Assembly (NCBI GenBank): GCA_963716175.1 | Contig: OY970296.1 | Coordinates: 1,504,001-1,568,000, forward strand | Source of the DNA: an uncultured Armatimonadetes bacterium | GTDB taxonomy: Bacteria > Armatimonadota > Hebobacteria > Hebobacterales > Hebobacteraceae | DNA length: 64,000 nt | Direction of reading: 5' to 3' | Part shown: piece by piece, positions 1 through 9,522 of the stretch | How the letters are laid out: each line of letters begins with the position of its first letter | Numbering within the stretch: the first letter of the stretch is position 1 | Made by a program: the position numbers and the translations under genes | Notes under the pieces: generated by a model | Seen by the model: the letters and a program-made list of their open reading frames with translations, nothing else | The model's database searches: none | Told to the model about the DNA's origin: nothing

Positions 1-51
1 CACCGACTCGACGGGGGTTGAAGCCTTCTCCTTCCTGGACTTCCCAGGCAT
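1..51 (-). CDS. 5' end of a second Type III R-M methyltransferase (Mod), running off the window edge
   Basis: ATG at 51 just after the DUF262 stop reads MPGKSRKEKASTPVESV, matching the N-terminus of the Mod at 9515 (MRNSKKRRPATSVESV); only 17 codons visible. Confidence 0.6.
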   Translation of the reverse strand, partial: MPGKSRKEKASTPVESV

Positions 52-52
52 C

Positions 53-1684
53 TCAGAGGTCCCCCTTTAGCTCCGCTAGGAACTCGTTGCCCGCAATGGC
101 GAGGTGGTCCGCTCTCTGCGCTAACCACTCGTCGTATCGGCTGACCTCCGTGGCGGCGATATCCTCGTCTATGAACTGCTGGGCTAGCTTCTGCGGCGTG
201 ATGCTGTAGTGGCGGATGTAGTCCATCGGGTCTTTGGCAGATATCCGGATGTTGATGTTCGGGCCGATGACAGCGATGTTGGCCAGCGCGTCGATCTTGT
301 CTTCGCTCACCTTCTTGTGAAGGAACTTGCGGGGGAAGACGTGATGCCATTGTGGTCGGAAATCGGCGAGCACCTGGAGGCCCTCGAAACCGAGTCGATG
401 GCCCTTGTCATCCCAGTCGGTGGCCCCGTTTCGGTAGGCGAGCAGGTAGAGGAGGAATCTGCCGAACCGACTGTCTCCGTAATCACGAAGGAAGTCTTCG
501 GAGTTAAGAGAGTGTTCGTGGTCGAAGCGTTTCAGAAGCCGGCGAACCGTCATCTCTGCCGAGTCTGATTCGGCGATGTCACGGAGGTCTTCCTCAAGGG
601 AGGTAGAGCCTGATCCGCTGTACCTGCCGAAGCGGGATGCCTGTAGGAACCAGTATAGCGTCGGCTCAAACCTGGCGTTGGGGAACTTCTCCAGCAGGGC
701 GACGAGCGTTACCAGTGCGGCCTCGGTTGGCATGGGATCGCTGCTAAGAATGCCGTATTGCCGCAGCCGAGCAATGGCATCAGCCCATGCCTTCTCCGTT
801 CGCTCCCATGCTGGTCGGACGTTCTTCTCGTGCCAAAATGTGTCTGGGATCTCCCGGAACCTGACACGTTTGATACCGACGGCTGTCATCGTGCGGAAGA
901 GGAGGTTCGGCCCTATGTCAAACCCTGCATCGGCTAGGATGCCGAGGTGTGGCAGGAAAGTGCTGCGGACCCAGCCGGGATTCCGGGCGGCGACGATGCC
1001 GAGGTAGATGTCGGCCTCAGTGACTCGGGTGCCCCTGCTGTTGAGGCGAGAGAAGATCTCAACGACGTCCTCAAGCTCGTGGTCAACGGTGACGGCGACG
1101 ACGTCCTTCTCACGAATCTTTCGAACACTGTCCAGCCTGGTGTAGACCTCCATCGCATCCATGCCGTCGCACAGGCCGTCGGTCTTGACGCTTTTGGCCA
1201 GCTGCATGAGTGCTTTCTGGTCGTCCTCTTTCTGGGTGTCAAGGATGAGCAGTGTGGGTAGCAGTACATAGCGATTGGTCTTCACGGAGCGGATGGCGGC
1301 ATTGGCAACCAGAAAGAACGGCGGTTCCTTGGCGTGTACGTCAAACCGGATGTCGTACTTGCGGAGGGTGCGGTTCCATTCCTGGGCGCTATCCCACCAG
1401 AAAGGCTTCCGTCCGAAGAGGATGCACAGAGCCGTGGTCCTCTGCTGACCATCCACGATCCACACGGATGGAGGCTGAGCGTCAACAGCGAGCTGGGGCT
1501 CCACTTCGCCGTTGCTGCTCCAGAGGAGGAAGCTGTTGATCGGGAAGTCGTACCAGAGGGATTCGGCAAGGTCCTTCACCTGGGTTGGTTTCCAGACGAA
1601 GCCCCGCTGGAACTCGGGCACGCTCCAGATGTGGTTCACGGCAGAGTTGACGATGTCTCTGGTCTTGAAGGATGTGTAGGCCAT
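53..1684 (-). CDS. DUF262 + HNH (GmrSD-like, type IV restriction family) protein
   Basis: Motifs VPEFQRGFVW, VDGQQR, FSRLNSRG (DUF262) and WHHVFP...LANI...N (HNH/DUF1524-like). Confidence 0.85.
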   Translation of the reverse strand: MAYTSFKTRDIVNSAVNHIWSVPEFQRGFVWKPTQVKDLAESLWYDFPINSFLLWSSNGEVEPQLAVDAQPPSVWIVDGQQRTTALCILFGRKPFWWDSAQEWNRTLRKYDIRFDVHAKEPPFFLVANAAIRSVKTNRYVLLPTLLILDTQKEDDQKALMQLAKSVKTDGLCDGMDAMEVYTRLDSVRKIREKDVVAVTVDHELEDVVEIFSRLNSRGTRVTEADIYLGIVAARNPGWVRSTFLPHLGILADAGFDIGPNLLFRTMTAVGIKRVRFREIPDTFWHEKNVRPAWERTEKAWADAIARLRQYGILSSDPMPTEAALVTLVALLEKFPNARFEPTLYWFLQASRFGRYSGSGSTSLEEDLRDIAESDSAEMTVRRLLKRFDHEHSLNSEDFLRDYGDSRFGRFLLYLLAYRNGATDWDDKGHRLGFEGLQVLADFRPQWHHVFPRKFLHKKVSEDKIDALANIAVIGPNINIRISAKDPMDYIRHYSITPQKLAQQFIDEDIAATEVSRYDEWLAQRADHLAIAGNEFLAELKGDL

Positions 1685-1699
1685 TGTCTCGCCGATCTC

Positions 1700-1825
1700 C
1701 TATGGTTTCTGCGCGACGAAAGCTCGGATAAGGTTCTTGCAGTTCCACGGATCCTCGATCTCAAGGAATGCCCAGCGACCAAAGCCCCGATGGTTGCTCA
1801 CCGCCGGCACCCAGGGGAGTCGCCC
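1700..1825 (-). pseudogene. Remnant 3' end of a Type III restriction (Res) subunit
   Basis: Manual translation RLPWVPAVSNHRGFGRWAFLEIEDPWNCKNLIRAFVAQKP* closely matches the Res C-terminus at ~8820-8962 (RLLWVPAVNNHGGFGRWAFLEIDDPWDAKNAIRSF); no start or upstream body. Confidence 0.85.
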
Positions 1826-1929
1826 CGCCGATCTCGGGACAGAGCAGTGGTAACCCAGCAAGAAGCGGTAGCTCCCCCTCGGTGGGTCTGTTCGACGGAG
1901 CCCTCAGCGACCCTCTAGCTCCACGTCAC

Positions 1930-2097
1930 TTAGCCATCAATCAGCACCAACCTGCCCTCCCGTTCCGTTACGTCTATTGGTGGTAGCAGATCAACGGCCT
2001 GTCGGTACTGCGCGACGACTCGATCCTGATGCCGCCACCGCGGATATAGGTCCTGAATGACCTGAATCTCTTCGATCCTCACTTCTTCGCTTGCCAT
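1930..2097 (-). pseudogene. Truncated ParB/Srx N-terminal-like gene
   Basis: Manual translation MASEEVRIEEIQVIQDLYPRWRHQDRVVAQYRQAVDLLPPIDVTEREGRLVLIDG*; stops where the IDGxHR motif should continue; GGAG RBS upstream. Confidence 0.6.
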
Positions 2098-2259
2098 AGT
2101 AGCTCCACTATGAAGGAATCCGCCGACGTGGTGATCGAGTCGTTTTGCACCTGTCCCCCGCCGGATGGGCGCCCCCCACCAGCGGCCCGGCCGCGCTCGG
2201 AATCGCGCAGCCAGGCCTCTACCGCCGCCAGCACTTGCTTGTGCATGGCGACGGGCCGG

Positions 2260-2703
2260 CTATCCTGGTCGGGCCGCGCCGGTGAGCTTGTCGAGCGCCG
2301 CCGAGAGCCGCGCAAAGCCCGCTCCCTTCATGTCTAGGCTGTGAGACGCCGCCCCGGTCAACTCCGCGCTGTGCATGTCGCGTTGGCCCAGGTACTGCTT
2401 GCCCAACCAGATCTGCATGGTCGTGTTGCCCGCCTTAGCGTTCTTCCACTGGAGGCGGCGGAGGGAGGTTTTGCCTTCCTCACGCCCCTTTTCATAGGCA
2501 TTCAGAAACTCGAGATCGCTCTGCTTCCGCGCCACGATCAGGGCAGGGGAGACGTGCAGTGCAGCAGCGATCTCCGCGTCCGTGCATTGGATACGGGCCA
2601 GGTCCTCGACCAGTTGGGGATCGAGTTCCTTGCGGGGCCGGCCGCTTTTCCGTCTTGGGGCTGGTGCCTTGGGGGGTTTCTTCTTCGGCTTGCGAGCTGT
2701 CAT
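2260..2703 (-). CDS. Phage terminase small subunit-like HTH protein
   Basis: GRPRKELD..VEDLARIQCTDAEIAAAL..EKGREEGKTSLRRLQWKNAKAGNTTMQIWLGKQYLGQRD is typical of TerS-like proteins; start taken at MTARK. Confidence 0.65.
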   Translation of the reverse strand: MTARKPKKKPPKAPAPRRKSGRPRKELDPQLVEDLARIQCTDAEIAAALHVSPALIVARKQSDLEFLNAYEKGREEGKTSLRRLQWKNAKAGNTTMQIWLGKQYLGQRDMHSAELTGAASHSLDMKGAGFARLSAALDKLTGAARPG

Positions 2704-2816
2704 GGTCCCACCTCTTCGGCCGGCCGGGCACGTTCCCACTCGGCCAGCCACCTCTCCACCTGGGCGTCAGGGCTCGCCTCAGGGTCCTCGGCGGCCGCTG
2801 GGGCCGCCGCCTGCTC

Positions 2817-3224
2817 TTAGTGGTCACGGCAGAAGTCCGAATCCCGCAGGGGCGCGTAGGCGTAGGGCCGGCCGTCCTTCCGCAAGCCGGCGCAGGTCAA
2901 TCCCTGGTAGGGTCGGGGTTCGCGCTCCGGCAGCACGGGCCACTCCCCGCTCGCCACTGGCAGGCAGGTCGGCGGCGGTGCCCCGAAGGGGTCCAGATCC
3001 AGCGCCTCGGCCAGTAGGAAGATCACCCGCCACCAGCCCCGGCGCCGGCCCTCTTGTTCCGGGTCGCGCCGGGCCGCCCGCGCTTCGTCGGTGGCCACCA
3101 ACGCCAGCTCCCGCAACCGGGCCAGCAGCTCCTCCGGCGCCTCCTCGGGGTCGCGCAGCCAGGCCTCCACCTGCGCCACCGCTTCCCGCAGCACCAACAG
3201 GTCCGTTCTCTGTGCGCTGCTCAT
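2817..3224 (-). CDS. Hypothetical protein with C-terminal degenerate Cys/His finger
   Basis: C-terminal CAGLRKDGRP...DFCRDH resembles small phage Zn-finger motifs; GAGGAG RBS before MSSAQ. Confidence 0.5.
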   Translation of the reverse strand: MSSAQRTDLLVLREAVAQVEAWLRDPEEAPEELLARLRELALVATDEARAARRDPEQEGRRRGWWRVIFLLAEALDLDPFGAPPPTCLPVASGEWPVLPEREPRPYQGLTCAGLRKDGRPYAYAPLRDSDFCRDH

Positions 3225-3338
3225 GCCAACAGCTCCTCGGCCTCCGGCGCCAGCCCCAGGAGGCGTACACACCGGGGCGTGGGGCTGCGCTCCCCGAAGG
3301 GAGCAGCCTTCACGCCTACGGGGTGGCCTCCCGCCGCC

Positions 3339-3564
3339 TGCCGACGTTCCCAAGTCTGCCAACGTGTCTGCCAACGTTTGTTCCCAAGACCATGGCAAGC
3401 AGACTCTCTCTTTAGGGGGGTCTTGCCATCGTGCCAACGTTCGGGCGGTTTTCGCCCAGGTTCCCCGCTGGCATACCTAGAAGGCATTTCGCCCCTACGA
3501 AGGGCCTTGCCAACGTTCTCCGCCGTCATTCCTGCCATCGTTCCTGCCAACGTCCTGCCATCGT
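3339..3564. repeat. Iteron-like array TGCC(A/G)(A/T)CGT, putative replication origin
   Basis: Nine copies at 3339, 3357, 3369, 3424, 3432, 3508, 3533, 3545 and 3556, directly downstream of the helicase gene. Confidence 0.7.
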
Positions 3565-3566
3565 TC

Positions 3567-4994
3567 CTATGCTGGGAGGCCAAAGACGGCCTCCTTCCCC
3601 TGCTTGCTGCGCCGAAGCCGGTCAGTCTTCTGCAACTCAGCTAGCGCGTCCCCGAAGGTGCGTTTTGAGATACGCTGCTTGCCGCAGGCACCCTCCAGGA
3701 ACTCGCGGGTCCGGGGTTCGCTCTCCGCTGCGGCCAGTATGATCTCCTGGGCGAGCAACTTCTTGGTGACTTTCTCGGGTTCGGCCTCGCCAGCGTAGAC
3801 CAGCTCGGCCCCGCCGTTCTCACCCCCCTGCCACTCTACCAGGAAGGGTCTGGCCGGGTCGCCCCAGTAAGACTTGACGACCTCGCAACGTACCAGCCCA
3901 TCCTTCTCCTGCCAGGCGGCAAGGGCGACATCGGCCACGTTCACAATTGCAGTTGCTCCCCTGATCCTGGCCTTAGGGCTGTTGTCGCCGAACTCGGTGC
4001 GCTTCTTGAAGTGGTGGATCACGAGAATACAGCACTCAAACCGCTCGGCGATATCGCGGAGCGCGCCCAGCACCTCTGCCATTGCATCATTGTCGGTGTC
4101 CTTCGTGCCGGGAGGCAGTAGGCGACTCAGTGAGTCTAGGATCAGCAAAGCGGGACGCTGATCCTCCACCAAGGAAGCCACCCAGGTCGGGTTCAGCTTC
4201 GCCGGCCTGAACTGGAAATCAACCCTCGGGGCCCTGCCAGTGGCTTTCCTGAAGTCCTTCACCCTCTTCCCTGTGTACCGGCGCCCGCGCTCCGCGTCGA
4301 TGTAGACACAGGGGCCGGTCCGGCTCGGCGCGAACTGCGCCTGTCCCAGCCACGGCAGGCCCCGCCCGACCGCATCGCCCAACGAGGTGCCCAACCAACC
4401 CTTTCCGGCCCCGCCCTCGCCGGCCAGGACGACCAGCCCCGCATCCGGGAGTACCCCTTCGACCAGCCAGGAAGGCTTGTCCGGGTCTTCGAGCAAAGCC
4501 TCGGCAGGAACGAGATCGGCAATCGGCAGGGCCCGCCTGGTCGCGGCCTCCACCAGTGACTTGACCTGGGTGACAACCGCCCCGATTCCGTCATCACCGG
4601 GGGACTGGGCCAGCTCGCGGATTTCGCCTGCGGCCTGAATCAACTTCCGCAGCGCCGCCTTCTGAGTCACGGTGCGCGCCCAGTGGGTGACACCTTCCGC
4701 GGTAGGCGCGTCCTCTTGCAGGGCGAGGAGGTAGGATGTGCCGCCGACAGCCTCCAGCTGGCCCAGGTCCCGGAGCCGGACCTCAATCGCGATGAAGTCG
4801 GCCGGTGTTCCCTCCTCGCGCAGGTCGGCGATAGCGGCAAAGATCATCTGGTGCTGCGGACTGTAGAAGTCGTCGCGCTCGAGCACCGCCAGCGCCTTGG
4901 TCACCGCCCGGTGATCTATAAACATCGCACCCAGCACGGCCTGCTCGGCCTCCAGGCTTTGCGGGGGGATGCGCTCCAGCAACGGCGCGCTCAT
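3567..4994 (-). CDS. DnaB N-terminal domain fused to AAA_25/RepA-type helicase (element replication protein)
   Basis: PPQSLEAEQAVLGA (DnaB_N); Walker A GEGGAGKG; Walker B LLILDSL; IHHFKK; IRGATAI. Confidence 0.85.
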   Translation of the reverse strand: MSAPLLERIPPQSLEAEQAVLGAMFIDHRAVTKALAVLERDDFYSPQHQMIFAAIADLREEGTPADFIAIEVRLRDLGQLEAVGGTSYLLALQEDAPTAEGVTHWARTVTQKAALRKLIQAAGEIRELAQSPGDDGIGAVVTQVKSLVEAATRRALPIADLVPAEALLEDPDKPSWLVEGVLPDAGLVVLAGEGGAGKGWLGTSLGDAVGRGLPWLGQAQFAPSRTGPCVYIDAERGRRYTGKRVKDFRKATGRAPRVDFQFRPAKLNPTWVASLVEDQRPALLILDSLSRLLPPGTKDTDNDAMAEVLGALRDIAERFECCILVIHHFKKRTEFGDNSPKARIRGATAIVNVADVALAAWQEKDGLVRCEVVKSYWGDPARPFLVEWQGGENGGAELVYAGEAEPEKVTKKLLAQEIILAAAESEPRTREFLEGACGKQRISKRTFGDALAELQKTDRLRRSKQGKEAVFGLPA

Positions 4995-5183
4995 GGCGCC
5001 ACCCGCCCGGCCGCTCGAGCCGTCCAGCCCGTGTCGGCCGCCGCACCCGGGAATCTCCCTCCCCCACTTGCAGGAGGCGCCGCCGGCGTGGTAGACTGGA
5101 CTTGAGAGTGTCTCGTCACGTCGTCCTGCCTTTTGCCCGCCTACCCTGGACCGGGGTGGCGGGCTTGTCTTTCGGATTTCACA

Positions 5184-5408
5184 TCACGCCGCCTCCACGG
5201 GCACGTCCACCGTGGGCCGGCTCCATAGGCTGGGATTCTCAAGCAGGCGCCCAAGCGCTAGGACCGGCACCCGCATCTTCCCTCGCAGGCGGATGACCGG
5301 TAGGTGCCCAGCCTTGGCGGCTCTGTAGCCCCAATTCCGCGCGAACCCGAGGACCGCCGCAGCCTCCGGGATACTGATTGTCTCGCAATCGTTCGCTGCC
5401 ATGGCCAC
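5184..5408 (-). CDS. Excisionase/HTH_17 DNA-binding protein
   Basis: TISIPEAAAVLG..RNWGYRAAKAGHLPVIRLRGKMRVP pattern. Confidence 0.8.
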   Translation of the reverse strand: MAMAANDCETISIPEAAAVLGFARNWGYRAAKAGHLPVIRLRGKMRVPVLALGRLLENPSLWSRPTVDVPVEAA

Positions 5409-5703
5409 TCCGTTCTACGCTTGTAACGCTGATGCGTTCTGAGCCCGATACTGCCCAATTGTACCTTGCTCGGTGAGGTTATCCCCCCGATCGGCAAGGG
5501 CCGGAGTGCGCAATCCGCACTCGGCGGCCGAGAGAGCCCGTGACCGTGCTGCACTAAAAAAAGGGCGACTGCAGCACTTGGGGGAGGGATTCGGGCTGGA
5601 GACAGGGGCAGGAGGCCGTCAGGCTCCCCGCAGGCGGGGCAGGTGGCAGGGGCAGGCAGATGGTGCGCGTGCGCCAGGGCAGCGGCTGCACGGGGAACAT
5701 CTG

Positions 5704-5712
5704 TGCTATAAT
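5704..5712 (+). promoter_or_regulatory. Extended -10 promoter element upstream of res
   Basis: TGcTATAAT, ~180 nt upstream of the res start. Confidence 0.5.
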
Positions 5713-5890
5713 GCCGCGGGCCGGGCGAGGACGGGGCATCTGGCCTCCGCGCTGAGTCACCGCGTCCTGTCTGCTCGCCAGCCCTGCAGGTCTCAGCCGT
5801 CTGGATGCACCAGGCCCGGGGCCGCCGGAAGGCGCCGGAGAGCAGTCAGGGGAGGCATATGGCGCAACGCCAGAGGAAGGGGGCGATTCT

Positions 5891-8800
5891 GTGCGCCAGG
5901 TCGTGATAGAGAACCCGGTCCTCAACTCGCCGTTCGAGGAACCTGAACGGCACTTCCGCTTCGACGACGAGGGGATCACTGACGAGACCGTGGAGGTGCG
6001 GCGCGTCAGCTCCTACTTCGTTCCCATCGCCCAACCGCGCAAGCGCGGGCGGCAGCTCATCCTCGACACTGAGTGGACCGAGGAGCGCCTCCAGGAGAAC
6101 AGATTCATCAACCAGGTGCGCGAGCGCGTGGCGCTGTGGCGTAGGGGCGGCTACCAGGGAGTCACCAACACCACGCGGCGCCTGCTCGAGCACTGGCAGC
6201 GGGCCGACCGCGACCCGAACAAGCGACTCTTCTTCTGCCAGATCGAGGCGCTGGAGACGGCGATCTACATCGCCGAGGTGGCGCGGAAGTACGGGGACGC
6301 GTGGATCGAGAATGCCCTGCGGGAGGCCAACGAGGGCGCCAACCCTGGCCTCCTTCGCATCGCCATGAAGATGGCGACCGGCAGCGGGAAGACAGTCGTC
6401 ATGGCGATGCTCATTGCCTGGCACGTCCTCAACAAGCTCGCCAACCCGCAGGACGATCGCTTCTCCGACAGCTTCCTCATCGTGACACCGGGCATCACGA
6501 TTCGCGACCGGCTGCGCGTGCTCCTCCCGAACGACCCGGCTGGCGACTACTACCGGCAGTGGGACCTGGTCCCTTCGGAGGACCTGGAGAAGCTCAACCG
6601 GGCCAGGATTCTGATCACCAACTTCCACGCCTTCAAGCCGCGCGAGCGTGGCGACGCGAGCAGGACCACGAAGGCCATGCTCGCCCCGGACGAGAGTGCC
6701 AGCGCCTTCAGAGAGACGCCTCACGAGATGGTGCGCAGGGCCTGTAAGACGTTCGGCACCAAGAAGAACGTCGTAGTCATCAACGATGAAGCTCACCACT
6801 GCTACCGGCACAAGCCGGACGGCGAGGAGGTGAAGCTGAAGGGCGACGATCTCACGGAAGCCAAGAAGCGAGAGGAGGCGGCCAGGGTCTGGATATCAGG
6901 CCTCGAGGCTGTGAAGCGGAAGATCGGTATCAAGGTCATCTACGATCTGTCTGCGACGCCCTTCTTCCTACGGGGCTCGGGCTATGCCGAGGGGACGCTG
7001 TTCCCCTGGGTCGTGTCAGACTTCTCCCTGATAGACGCCATCGAGAGCGGGATCGTGAAGGTGCCACGGGTCCCTGTTGCCGATGACAGCATGACTGGCG
7101 ACCAGCCCACCTACCGGGACTTGTGGTTCCGCATCCGAGACGAACTGCCAAAGAAGGGCCGTGGCACAGAGGCCGTACGCGGGGAGCCAAAGCCTCCGGC
7201 CCAACTCCAGAGCGCGCTGCACAGCCTCTACGGCAACTACGAGAAGTATTACCGGCAGTGGGAGCAATACTGCCGTACGCACGGCAACGACCAGCCCCCG
7301 CCTGTCTTCATCGTCGTCTGCAACAACACGAACGTCTCGAAGCTCGTCTATGACTACATCGCGGGATGGGAGAAGCCACTGCCCGATGGCTCGACAGTTC
7401 CAGTCCCCGGGGCGCTGCCAATCCTGAGCAATGTGGAGGACGACCGTTGGCTGCCTCGCCCCAGGACCGTTCTGATAGACAGCGAGCAGTTGGAGTCCGG
7501 CGACGCGATGAGCGACGAGTTCAAGAAGATCGCCTCCCGCGAGATCGAGAAGTTCAAGGCCGAGTATCAAGTTCGCTACCCCGGGCGAGATGCCGAGCAG
7601 CTTACCGACGAAGACCTGCTCAGAGAGGTGATGAACACCGTCGGGAAGCCCGGCCGGCTCGGCGAGCACGTGCGCTGCGTGGTGAGCGTCTCCATGCTCA
7701 CTGAGGGCTGGGACGCCAACACGGTCACCCATATCCTTGGGGTACGCGCGTTCGGCACTCAGCTTCTCTGCGAGCAGGTGGTTGGGCGAGGGCTGCGGCG
7801 CCGCACCTACGCCGCCTCTCCGCAGACCATCACCCTCAACGGCCGGCAGATCACCTTCGACGGCCTCGCGCCGGACTATGCCGAAGTGTACGGCGTTCCG
7901 TTCTCCTTCATCCCATGCTCTGGGTCATCTCCAGAGCCGAAGCCAGGTCCGCAGCCCACTCGAGTACGGGCGTTGGAGGACAGGGTCGCCTGCGAGATCA
8001 CCTTCCCGCGGCTCATGGGCTACCGATATGACCTGCCAGGCGAGAAGCTCGAGGCCCGCTTCACCGACGACTCGCGCATGGTGCTCTCCACCGAGCAGAT
8101 CCCGACGTGGACCGAGAACGCGCCGATTGTAGGCGAGTCCACGATCCACACCCTCGACGACCTCAAGAAGCGCCGCCCCCAGGAAGTCGCCTTCCTCCTC
8201 GCCAAGCTCGTGCTGGAGAAGTACTTCCGCGCAGACGGCGCCCAGAGAACGGAGCGCGACGCCGAGCACCACTTCGACCCGGAGGTGAAGGCCTGGCTCT
8301 TCCCGCAGGTCCTAGCGATCACCAGGCGCTGGCTGTCGGAGTGTCTGGTCTGCAAGGACAACACCTTCCCGCAGATGCTCCTGCTGGTGGAGCTTGCGCA
8401 CGAAGCGGCCGACCGCATTTACCGCGCCGTCGTTCACGCCAGCGAAGGCGAGAAGGCGCTCAAGCCCATCCTCTTCCCATATGACACCGTCGGCTCCACT
8501 CAGCACGTGGACTTCGACACCACGCGGCCTACCTACCGCACCCGAGCTGACAGATGCCACATCTCTCACGTGGTCGCCGACACCGGATCGTGGGAACAGA
8601 AGCTCGCGCAGTCACTGGAGGAGATGGACGAGGTCGTCTGCTACGTGAAGAACCAGAACCTCGGGTTCAAGATCCCCTACACCTTCAACGGCGATCAGGG
8701 AAACTACGAGCCCGACTTCATCGTTCGCATAGATGACGGGCATGGGCGGGACGATCCCCTCAGCCTGATCATCGAGGTCACTGGTGAGCGGAAGAAGGAC

Positions 8801-8962
8801 AAAGAGGCCAAGGTCGCCACCGCTCGCCTCCTCTGGGTGCCAGCTGTCAACAACCACGGCGGCTTCGGGCGCTGGGCCTTCCTCGAGATAGACGATCCCT
8901 GGGACGCGAAGAACGCCATCCGTTCCTTCCTTGCCGCAAGAGTGACCGAGGTGACTGCCTGA
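5891..8962 (+). CDS. res: Type III restriction enzyme Res subunit (BPTD_3080-like family)
   Basis: SF2 helicase motifs MATGSGKT, INDEAHHCY, LSATP, MLTEGWD; C-terminal nuclease YEPDFIV...IIEVTG. Confidence 0.9.
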   Translation: MRQVVIENPVLNSPFEEPERHFRFDDEGITDETVEVRRVSSYFVPIAQPRKRGRQLILDTEWTEERLQENRFINQVRERVALWRRGGYQGVTNTTRRLLEHWQRADRDPNKRLFFCQIEALETAIYIAEVARKYGDAWIENALREANEGANPGLLRIAMKMATGSGKTVVMAMLIAWHVLNKLANPQDDRFSDSFLIVTPGITIRDRLRVLLPNDPAGDYYRQWDLVPSEDLEKLNRARILITNFHAFKPRERGDASRTTKAMLAPDESASAFRETPHEMVRRACKTFGTKKNVVVINDEAHHCYRHKPDGEEVKLKGDDLTEAKKREEAARVWISGLEAVKRKIGIKVIYDLSATPFFLRGSGYAEGTLFPWVVSDFSLIDAIESGIVKVPRVPVADDSMTGDQPTYRDLWFRIRDELPKKGRGTEAVRGEPKPPAQLQSALHSLYGNYEKYYRQWEQYCRTHGNDQPPPVFIVVCNNTNVSKLVYDYIAGWEKPLPDGSTVPVPGALPILSNVEDDRWLPRPRTVLIDSEQLESGDAMSDEFKKIASREIEKFKAEYQVRYPGRDAEQLTDEDLLREVMNTVGKPGRLGEHVRCVVSVSMLTEGWDANTVTHILGVRAFGTQLLCEQVVGRGLRRRTYAASPQTITLNGRQITFDGLAPDYAEVYGVPFSFIPCSGSSPEPKPGPQPTRVRALEDRVACEITFPRLMGYRYDLPGEKLEARFTDDSRMVLSTEQIPTWTENAPIVGESTIHTLDDLKKRRPQEVAFLLAKLVLEKYFRADGAQRTERDAEHHFDPEVKAWLFPQVLAITRRWLSECLVCKDNTFPQMLLLVELAHEAADRIYRAVVHASEGEKALKPILFPYDTVGSTQHVDFDTTRPTYRTRADRCHISHVVADTGSWEQKLAQSLEEMDEVVCYVKNQNLGFKIPYTFNGDQGNYEPDFIVRIDDGHGRDDPLSLIIEVTGERKKDKEAKVATARLLWVPAVNNHGGFGRWAFLEIDDPWDAKNAIRSFLAARVTEVTA

Positions 8963-9522
8963 TGGAGACCACCGAGCGGATTGTCGAGGCGTATGTGCGC
9001 TACGTCAAGGGATGGGCGACCATACCTAACATCAAGTGCAAGGGCCAGTTTGAGATCGACCTTCTGGCCGTAGACCCGGTCACGGGACGGAAGTACCACA
9101 TCGAGAGCGGCGTCCACACGAGTTCCGGCTTCAGCAAGCTGACATGCAATCCGTTCAGCGAGGAAGCTCTGAAGGTCAGGGTAGAGCAGCCCAAACAGCG
9201 GCGCACGCTCGGGTTCTTCCTGGAGCGGAAGTTCGGCGCTCCAGAGATCACTGAGAAGCTGAAGGAGTACGGCTTCGAGGACGGCAGGTACGGCAAGATC
9301 ATCGTATCGTGGGGGTGGACGGACGAAGCAGCCGAACAAGCGCGTGCGGCCGGCATAGACCTCTGGGACTTCCGTGGTCTCCTCTCTCAGATCGGAGAAG
9401 CGTTCATTGGCAGGAGCACCTACTTCACCGACGACACGCTGCGAACTCTACAGCTCTTCGCGCGCGCGTTCATAGAAGGTGGGTTCCACCGCGCTGCCGG
9501 AAGGGTGACCGAAGATGCGTAA
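8962..9522 (+). CDS. Small PD-(D/E)XK-like putative nuclease, passenger between res and mod
   Basis: E...EIDLLAVD...HIESG pattern; overlaps both neighbouring genes. Confidence 0.55.
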   Translation: METTERIVEAYVRYVKGWATIPNIKCKGQFEIDLLAVDPVTGRKYHIESGVHTSSGFSKLTCNPFSEEALKVRVEQPKQRRTLGFFLERKFGAPEITEKLKEYGFEDGRYGKIIVSWGWTDEAAEQARAAGIDLWDFRGLLSQIGEAFIGRSTYFTDDTLRTLQLFARAFIEGGFHRAAGRVTEDA

